This document shows, piece by piece, positions 1 to 5,250 of a DNA stretch of 56,057 nucleotides. The position numbers and the translations under genes are program-made. Origin of the DNA: a virus; the IMG/VR virus record IMGVR_UViG_3300020472_000001. One strand, 5' to 3'. The notes beneath the pieces are model-generated. The model did no database searches. It had not been told where the DNA came from and was given only the letters and a program-made list of their open reading frames with translations. Numbering within the stretch: the first letter of the stretch is position 1; each line of letters begins with the position of its first letter.

Positions 1-77
1 CATTAGTTCAACTCCAAGGGAACTACATTATCAGTTTGTTGCTCTTGTTGAAGTTGTCTCATTTCAGCATGAACTCC
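1..77. repeat. 77-bp terminal direct repeat, identical to 55981..56057 (circular-closure overlap of the contig)
   Basis: cattagttcaactccaaggg...gcatgaactcc occurs verbatim at both ends. ORF 3..191 is re-entered at 55983..56057. Confidence 0.95.
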
Positions 78-191
78 ACCTGCTTGGATGATGTGCATTC
101 CATTAATGATTAGACTTTGACAGTCAGTCTCTATGGCTTTGCCAACGACCACTGTGCCAGTCTCATCATATAAGTTTATTTCTATCTTCAT
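3..191 (-). CDS. hypothetical protein (62 aa)
   Basis: ORF preceded by AGGAGGG RBS (rc of 195..201). Its stop overlaps (TAATG) the start of the Cys-rich ORF seen at 55732..55983 across the circular junction. Confidence 0.75.
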   Translation of the reverse strand: MKIEINLYDETGTVVVGKAIETDCQSLIINGMHIIQAGGVHAEMRQLQQEQQTDNVVPLELN

Positions 192-228
192 ATTACCCTC
201 CTAATAGGTTTTGTTTAAAAGATAAGTA

Positions 229-257
229 ATTGTATCACGTATTGTCTACATTATGTA
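229..257 (-). promoter_or_regulatory. putative extended -10 promoter (TGaTACAAT) for ORF 3..191
   Basis: rc of 229..237 reads TGATACAAT. The same 9-mer recurs at 55514..55522 upstream of the late operon. Confidence 0.4.
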
Positions 258-508
258 ACTTTATTTATTCTTTTAATAAACTTTTTTTCTTCCCCAGGGA
301 TTAGCTTATAAACAAATAAACCTTTCCTGGTTAGATACTTTGGGTTTGCGGCCATGAACTCCTGGGCCTGTGTTTGGCAATCTGTCAAAGATTCCGACCA
401 AACCCGAGCTGTACCCAAGTGACAGTACCCGACATAACCCAGACCCCTGGTAGATCTTGTTTCATTGTGTGTGGCTTCTGTGCTGGCTGTTGAGCTTGAC
501 CTAGTCAT
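251..508 (-). CDS. doubtful ORF (85 aa) lying in a GC-rich repeated intergenic-type module
   Basis: Open frame only. Low-complexity Ser/Thr/Arg N-terminus, no convincing RBS, and it overlaps the CCWGG/CCGAC module shared with the noncoding regions 900-1070 and 1750-1880. Confidence 0.3.
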   Translation of the reverse strand: MTRSSSTASTEATHNETRSTRGLGYVGYCHLGTARVWSESLTDCQTQAQEFMAANPKYLTRKGLFVYKLIPGEEKKFIKRINKVT

Positions 509-583
509 AATAACTTAGGCCCGACCCGACATTAGGAAAACCAGCACATATACGCCAACCGTAATCAGGAACAACGTGTCCAT

Positions 584-850
584 TCATTGTTCCAGGTATT
601 TTATTTCGCTTGCACCTTTTGGTAACAAGGCACGCTTAATGCATTTATCATCAACATAAAAACGATATTCCCTGTCGCCATTTTCAAGTATTTTATGCGT
701 TGTTCTATGGTTTAGGAAAGTGTGAGAATTAGACCCACTGGTACCTATTCTTACCTCTACCTCTCCACGCTCACGCACACCGTACGATTTTGCACCTTTA
801 TAGATGCACGCTGTTACTATATTCCATATTGGATATGATTTACTAGCCAT
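584..850 (-). CDS. hypothetical early protein (88 aa)
   Basis: ORF with AGGAG RBS (rc of 851..870 reads acaaattaggagaagtaaat before the ATG) and a sigma70-like promoter just upstream. Confidence 0.8.
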   Translation of the reverse strand: MASKSYPIWNIVTACIYKGAKSYGVRERGEVEVRIGTSGSNSHTFLNHRTTHKILENGDREYRFYVDDKCIKRALLPKGASEIKYLEQ

Positions 851-878
851 ATTTACTTCTCCTAATTTGTAAAAGCTT

Positions 879-906
879 ATTGTACCCTCTGGTTACAAAT
901 TGTCAA
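879..906 (-). promoter_or_regulatory. sigma70-like promoter, TTGACA-16 nt-TACAAT
   Basis: rc of 901..906 is TTGACA and rc of 879..884 is TACAAT. It lies about 30 nt upstream of the ORF 584..850 start. Confidence 0.6.
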
Positions 907-1012
907 CACCCTGCTCTGCGTTTCCTGGATCACTGCCTGGGGATCTGGCATCCCTGGTATTGGATCCTTGTGTTCTTATATGTGTGTTCCTTCTACGCAG
1001 TAGCAAGTAAAC

Positions 1013-1065
1013 CCGACTCCCGACTCCCGACATAAAAAACCCGACACTAAGTCGGGCTTATCGGG
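1013..1065. repeat. CCGAC short tandem array (4 direct copies plus inverted GTCGGG/TCGGG)
   Basis: cccgactcccgactcccgac at 1012..1031, cccgac at 1040..1045, gtcggg at 1051..1056, tcggg at 1061..1065. Confidence 0.9.
1034..1056 (-). terminator. rho-independent terminator (stem CCCGAC/GTCGGG, loop ACTAA, T6 on minus strand)
   Basis: aaaaaa-cccgac-actaa-gtcggg on the plus strand. On the minus strand this is a hairpin followed by TTTTTT, directly downstream of ORF 1080..1247. Confidence 0.6.
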
Positions 1066-1079
1066 TAATCATTTATCAT

Positions 1080-1247
1080 TCATAAAACAACCTCCCTCAT
1101 GGTTTCAAAGTGTCTGTTTATAACCACATCAACTTCGTAATGTGTATCGCAGTTTGGACAATGCCAATCCTCTATTTCTCCTGTGCAGTTATCTCCGAGA
1201 TAATGTATATCTTCTTCGTTGCACTTGGGACATCTTTGAACGCACAT
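1080..1247 (-). CDS. small zinc-ribbon protein (55 aa), not in the supplied ORF track
   Basis: Hand translation gives MCVQRCPKCNEEDIHYLGDNCTGEIEDWHCPNCDTHYEVDVVINRHFETMREVVL. It has two CxxC pairs, and its ATG overlaps the stop of ORF 1247..1657 (TAATG). Confidence 0.55.
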   Translation of the reverse strand: MCVQRCPKCNEEDIHYLGDNCTGEIEDWHCPNCDTHYEVDVVINRHFETMREVVL

Positions 1248-1657
1248 TATGAAACCTCATCTCTGATAGCTTGGATAATCTGCTCAACTCTATCTTGTGC
1301 GTTTGTTGGTAGCAAAGCGACAGTTAGCTTATCAGCTACTTGATTTTTTACTTCCCAATCTTGTCTCCACCATGATAAAGCTTGATTGTTATAGCTTATT
1401 GAAGAAACACCCACATTCTCAACTGTGTGAAAGTCATTGAACTTTTTAATCTGTTCGTTCAGTATCTTTACTTCCTCATTCTTAGCTTCAACCATTCTAT
1501 CAATAGCACTCTCTAACTTAGAAACGCTATCATGCATCTTAGTAAGAGCTTTATACTCTTTAGACTTTTTAGCTTTCTCAACTTTGCTATCAAGCTTTTC
1601 ATTTACTCCAACCATTATCTGATTGACTATGGCATCTTGTTCAAATTTTCTAATCAT
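1247..1657 (-). CDS. hypothetical coiled-coil protein (136 aa)
   Basis: ORF with AGGAG RBS (ataggagaagtaatATG on the minus strand). Lys/Glu-rich heptad-like sequence. Confidence 0.8.
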   Translation of the reverse strand: MIRKFEQDAIVNQIMVGVNEKLDSKVEKAKKSKEYKALTKMHDSVSKLESAIDRMVEAKNEEVKILNEQIKKFNDFHTVENVGVSSISYNNQALSWWRQDWEVKNQVADKLTVALLPTNAQDRVEQIIQAIRDEVS

Positions 1658-1690
1658 ATTACTTCTCCTATAAAGTTAATTTGAAGTTCT

Positions 1691-1719
1691 ATTAGAACAT
1701 ATTTTTGGCCTGTTGTCTA
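1691..1719 (-). promoter_or_regulatory. putative promoter, TAGACA-17 nt-TCTAAT
   Basis: rc of 1714..1719 is TAGACA and rc of 1691..1696 is TCTAAT. It lies upstream of ORF 1247..1657, and TAGACA recurs as a -35-like hexamer at 7192. Confidence 0.4.
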
Positions 1720-1828
1720 CAAAATGTATCTTTAGTTTTTTTTAGACCTTCCCTGGTAATCCGCAGCCTCTGGCAGCAATAACTCCCAGGGATTTGTGGA
1801 TCTGTGTTATATTATGTGTATAGTTCAA

Positions 1829-1878
1829 CCCGACCCGACCCGACAAAATACCCCGACAACCCGACACCCCGACCCGAC
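1829..1878. repeat. CCGAC array, 7 copies in 50 bp (G-tract array on minus strand)
   Basis: cccgacccgacccgacaaaataccccgacaacccgacaccccgacccgac, in the divergent intergenic region 1658..2199. Confidence 0.95.
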
Positions 1879-2016
1879 TGGCTTTGTAGCCATTTTGTGC
1901 TTAATTTTATTTGGGCGATTGACCAAGAGAGGGGACAGATGCGATTAATCTCCAAAATCCCTGCATATAAATCATAAAGACAATATAAATAAGATACAAA
2001 TTGTTTACAATAATAC

Positions 2017-2044
2017 TTGACATATTGGATACAAATAGTATCAT
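2017..2044 (+). promoter_or_regulatory. sigma70-like promoter, TTGACA-16 nt-TATCAT, for the plus-strand operon starting at 2200
   Basis: ttgaca at 2017..2022 and tatcat at 2039..2044. This leaves a leader of about 150 nt before the first ATG. Confidence 0.5.
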
Positions 2045-2199
2045 TAGATAGTGAAGTTAGCACATAGAAGAGGTAAGCTATTAAATCAATACCTGTACTC
2101 TACTGGGACGCCAACGCTTTTAGCAAGTCGCCGATAGTATCAAACGAGATTATAAACAAAGCTTCACACTTTATTAACCATAAATATATAGGAGTAAAT

Positions 2200-2628
2200 A
2201 TGGGAACGAGAAGTAATATCGCTTATGAGCGACCAAACGGGCAAGTTATAGTTACATACTGTCATTATGACGGATACCCAAGTTATAACGGTGTAATACT
2301 TAATGAGAATTACGACACACCAAAAACAGCAGAAGAATTAGCTAATCAAGGCTATTTATCTTCTCTTAAACCTACCTTAAAAGATTCTTTAGAAGGTAGA
2401 GCAAACCATGATGAACCAATGTTATATCATTCATTACATTCATACTTGAATGACATAGGGTGGGATATAGAATGGATCTATATTTTTAGGCGTGGACAAT
2501 GGTATGTATGCGAGGGCATGGAAGTAGATGATAACTTTAAGATACTTGATAAAGATTTTATAGAGCATGACTTTCAACCCTTAGTTGATACGATAGCTAA
2601 ATTAAGACTTGAAGAGGTGTCAGCATAA
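2200..2628 (+). CDS. hypothetical protein (142 aa)
   Basis: ORF with AGGAG RBS (atataggagtaaatATG). First gene of a plus-strand operon. No family recognised. Confidence 0.85.
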   Translation: MGTRSNIAYERPNGQVIVTYCHYDGYPSYNGVILNENYDTPKTAEELANQGYLSSLKPTLKDSLEGRANHDEPMLYHSLHSYLNDIGWDIEWIYIFRRGQWYVCEGMEVDDNFKILDKDFIEHDFQPLVDTIAKLRLEEVSA

Positions 2629-3023
2629 TGTCAGATACACATAAACTTAAGTTCAGATCTAATAAGTCCCTAGTCAAATTGGCTAGGGATACTATCAAAG
2701 CAAGTAATTTCAAAATTGCTTATCGTGATAAATATACCGCAGAGAAATGCTTTTATCTTGTTAAAGATGACGGCATATATCTGATGAATTGTTATTCAAA
2801 TAATCCAAATAAAGAACTTGGACGAGATAAACCAAATACGGTTATTTATGCTAGTGGCTACAACCCAAAATATAACGACAACGTTTGGGAAGATACTTAT
2901 CAAGTTAGTCGTGATGACTTTGCTGATAATATGTATTTTACTGATGACCAATTAGAACGCATTGCAACTGGTGGAGATATTGATATAACTATCACGCCAA
3001 CATCATACGAGGTAAGAGCATGA
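2628..3023 (+). CDS. hypothetical protein (131 aa)
   Basis: ORF whose start overlaps the previous stop (TAATG). Confidence 0.8.
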   Translation: MSDTHKLKFRSNKSLVKLARDTIKASNFKIAYRDKYTAEKCFYLVKDDGIYLMNCYSNNPNKELGRDKPNTVIYASGYNPKYNDNVWEDTYQVSRDDFADNMYFTDDQLERIATGGDIDITITPTSYEVRA

Positions 3024-3118
3024 AGAAAGAATACCCCAATCCAATACCTGCACATTTACGCCATTTATCAGAGTGGCGTTTACGTGCTTTATTTTATTTA
3101 TTTAGAGGGAGTTTATAA
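3020..3118 (+). CDS. possible small ORF (32 aa)
   Basis: ATGA overlap with the stop of 2628..3023. Hand translation gives MKKEYPNPIPAHLRHLSEWRLRALFYLFRGSL. It fills the gap before 3121. Confidence 0.3.
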   Translation: MKKEYPNPIPAHLRHLSEWRLRALFYLFRGSL

Positions 3119-3120
3119 CC

Positions 3121-3465
3121 ATGTCAACATATTACAGACCAACCGAACCAATACCATTACAAGCAATTAAGGACAGCAAATATCTAGCTGAGGACAGAGA
3201 GTTTACAGTCCACAACGACAGAAAGATGCAATACTTTTGCTGTGAAGGTAGTTGTATTCATTACGCTTTAGATAAGCAAAAGAACGTTATTGACCTGTTT
3301 AGATATGGTGGCAACAATGCTGATGATATTTTAGATCCTTTGTCAGATGAATTTGAAGTAGACTTTATTTCTGAGCATGATGAGGAGTATGACGACTATT
3401 GCCACCCCGACACACCAGTTATGCAAATCAACATAGAAGATTTAAAGAGTATTTCTCATGATTGA
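3121..3465 (+). CDS. hypothetical protein (114 aa), acidic C-terminal half
   Basis: ORF in operon context. No family recognised. Confidence 0.8.
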   Translation: MSTYYRPTEPIPLQAIKDSKYLAEDREFTVHNDRKMQYFCCEGSCIHYALDKQKNVIDLFRYGGNNADDILDPLSDEFEVDFISEHDEEYDDYCHPDTPVMQINIEDLKSISHD

Positions 3466-3538
3466 TACAGTCTTTTATATCACGCTTGGTGTTTATGCCT
3501 TAGTCTACTTTGCATCTAATCCGACTGATGAGGAATAA
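3458..3538 (+). CDS. possible 26-aa hydrophobic peptide
   Basis: ATG embedded in the cATGATTGA overlap with the previous stop. Translation MIDTVFYITLGVYALVYFASNPTDEE has one TM-like stretch. Confidence 0.25.
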   Translation: MIDTVFYITLGVYALVYFASNPTDEE

Positions 3539-3728
3539 ATACCATATTAAAATAGTGCCATTTAACCCTGTAGAGCATGACTTACTAAGATACCAAAATA
3601 TTGATGAAGTCGGCTTTACAGTAGGTTATTTAGTTTACCAAAACAACCAACATATCAAGTCAGCTTGGTTTAAGTCCCGTAAGAGCCTATTCAAGGCCTT
3701 AGATGATTTCTTGAACAATCCTAAGTAA
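3510..3728 (+). CDS. hypothetical protein (up to 72 aa; start uncertain)
   Basis: The ORF-track start is a TTG. An in-frame ATG at 3528 is an alternative. No clear RBS. Confidence 0.5.
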   Translation: MHLIRLMRNKYHIKIVPFNPVEHDLLRYQNIDEVGFTVGYLVYQNNQHIKSAWFKSRKSLFKALDDFLNNPK

Positions 3729-3794
3729 TTTGTTATATTTCAGATAAGGCATAGTCTGATTAACATATTACTTCTCAACTCCTCTCCAAATTAG

Positions 3795-3947
3795 TTATGC
3801 CTTTTTATCTTTCTTACCACTAGACACAACCTCATAATGATTTAGTTCGCCTTTGTGTAATTTTTTTATAAATAAAGCCTCTACCTCTGGCAAAGTAAGT
3901 TTTATTGGGTCTTTATCTGTATAGATTACAGCTTTAATCGTGTTCAT
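3795..3947 (-). CDS. possible small ORF (50 aa)
   Basis: ATG at 3947..3945 overlaps the 3' end of terS out of frame. Hand translation gives MNTIKAVIYTDKDPIKLTLPEVEALFIKKLHKGELNHYEVVSSGKKDKKA. Confidence 0.35.
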   Translation of the reverse strand: MNTIKAVIYTDKDPIKLTLPEVEALFIKKLHKGELNHYEVVSSGKKDKKA

Positions 3948-4503
3948 CTTCTTTTTCTGGCAAATCTACCAGGTCTGGATCTGCATTTTTATTCTCTAAA
4001 GAAGCATCAACAACATTACCCATGAGCTGTGCTAACCTGGTTTCTACTTCTTCCCGACTCATTTGATCTACCTTGCCAAACATAACTTCCTTACGATCTA
4101 CTATTAGGCCCCCGACTTTCAGTAGTGAGTTCTGGGCAGAAATTGCAGCGTTAAATGACCCTGCTTCAATGGCCTTGTCCCGAATATCATACAGATCCTG
4201 GACTGCTCTATCATAGTTAAGTTCATACTTCTTCTTAGCCTCATTCATCAAATAGTTATACTCCTTACGAATAAGGGGTTTGTTCATAAGTTTATTAGCT
4301 GCTTGACGTGGAGATGTATAGCCTGCCTTATAGGCACACTCAACCAGGGATAGCCTGGGATTGTTGACCGAGATCCAAATAAAATTTCTTTGACGTCTAT
4401 TGAGGGAGTTATCGAGATTACAATACTCTATGGGAGCTTCTTCTTCAGAAGAGATTATAGGTTCATATTCTAAATTATTTTTTCTATATCCCATGTTTTG
4501 CAT
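3934..4503 (-). CDS. terS: terminase small subunit (Terminase_2-like)
   Basis: N-terminal HTH signature LNRRQRNFIWISVNNPRLSLVECAYKAGYTSPRQAANKLMNKPLIRKE and a C-terminal helical region (NAAISAQNSLLKVGGLIVDRKE) are typical of this family. Confidence 0.7.
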   Translation of the reverse strand: MQNMGYRKNNLEYEPIISSEEEAPIEYCNLDNSLNRRQRNFIWISVNNPRLSLVECAYKAGYTSPRQAANKLMNKPLIRKEYNYLMNEAKKKYELNYDRAVQDLYDIRDKAIEAGSFNAAISAQNSLLKVGGLIVDRKEVMFGKVDQMSREEVETRLAQLMGNVVDASLENKNADPDLVDLPEKEDEHD

Positions 4504-4564
4504 ATTAGAGTAAGAGCAAGTTTTTAATAATACCTACCCCCACTTTACCCTAAAGTGTATTGTG

Positions 4565-4594
4565 AGGATACTTGAAGAGTATAGATCTAGTCAA
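4565..4594 (-). promoter_or_regulatory. putative promoter, TTGACT-18 nt-TATCCT, upstream of terS
   Basis: rc of 4589..4594 is TTGACT and rc of 4565..4570 is TATCCT. Confidence 0.4.
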
Positions 4595-4727
4595 GTATTA
4601 TCTCATTTATTTAGTAAGTTTCTCTCAATCTCCTGTGACAAAAATGAAAAAAATACAATAACCCTCAAAGGTGCATTCTTATCATGTTTTTAGCTGTCAT
4701 GACAAAATGACAATAATAGACAATAAT

Positions 4728-5003
4728 CTATTTGTTGGCAGATTTGTCAATATATTGAGCTAAAAGCTCATCAACCAGCTTAGAAAGTTCCTTATCACCG
4801 AACTCTAAACTTAATTGAGATATACAAAAACTTAAACTAGCCAAAACGACATTGAGCTTATCTTCTCCCCTATAAACCATGTTATCAAACATAAGATCTA
4901 ATCTGGATATTACTTCCTGGAGTGTGGGCTTGCCCATTTTGTCTTTGATCTCTACAATCTTTGGCATATCGCATCTTAACACGACTATTTGCCTATTTGT
5001 CAA
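4728..5003 (-). CDS. hypothetical protein (91 aa)
   Basis: ORF in a minus-strand operon, overlapping the upstream gene by 11 nt. Confidence 0.75.
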   Translation of the reverse strand: MTNRQIVVLRCDMPKIVEIKDKMGKPTLQEVISRLDLMFDNMVYRGEDKLNVVLASLSFCISQLSLEFGDKELSKLVDELLAQYIDKSANK

Positions 5004-5250
5004 TTTTACTCTTAGTAGTCAGGACAATTCGACTTGTAGGGGGAATGAAATCGTGTGCACGCGTTATCCTTTCTTTTATGACATCTGCATTACAATCATC
5101 ACAACAACGGCCGTCATTAATTGGTTGTGCATTATTACCATGCTCCCAAACAACTTCTCCGTCCTCATTCTTCAAGGGTTTTATGTAGCCATTGCAGATA
5201 CTACACCTTACTTTATCTAGCTTAGTTACGTTCATAATCCATATTCTCAA
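4993..5250 (-). CDS. Cys-rich (zinc-binding-like) small protein; start may be the ATG at 5235
   Basis: CSIC...CCDDC cysteine pattern. It overlaps the end of the methyltransferase gene. Confidence 0.7.
   Translation of the reverse strand: MRIWIMNVTKLDKVRCSICNGYIKPLKNEDGEVVWEHGNNAQPINDGRCCDDCNADVIKERITRAHDFIPPTSRIVLTTKSKIDK

Noticed and set aside
1-77. The 77-bp end repeat as the biological direct terminal repeat
   Set aside because: Its length equals a common assembler k-mer and it cuts through a coding sequence. That is more parsimoniously a circularisation artefact. The true termini need read-level analysis.
1110-1343. 77-aa plus-strand ORF
   Set aside because: It is the antisense shadow of the zinc-ribbon ORF 1080..1247 and the end of 1247..1657. 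It is hydrophobic junk-like sequence with no RBS.
1013-1878. CCGAC arrays as a CRISPR array or tRNA/ncRNA genes
   Set aside because: The repeat unit is only 5-7 nt with no unique spacers, so it is not CRISPR-like. I found no cloverleaf or T-loop (GTTCGAATC-type) signatures here or elsewhere in the window.
1812-2063. 83-aa minus-strand ORF
   Set aside because: It runs through the CCGAC array (translated as GRGVGLSGYFVGSGRVE) and through the TTGACA/TATCAT promoter. It has no RBS and an odd Cys/Tyr-rich composition. I treat it as a noncoding regulatory region.
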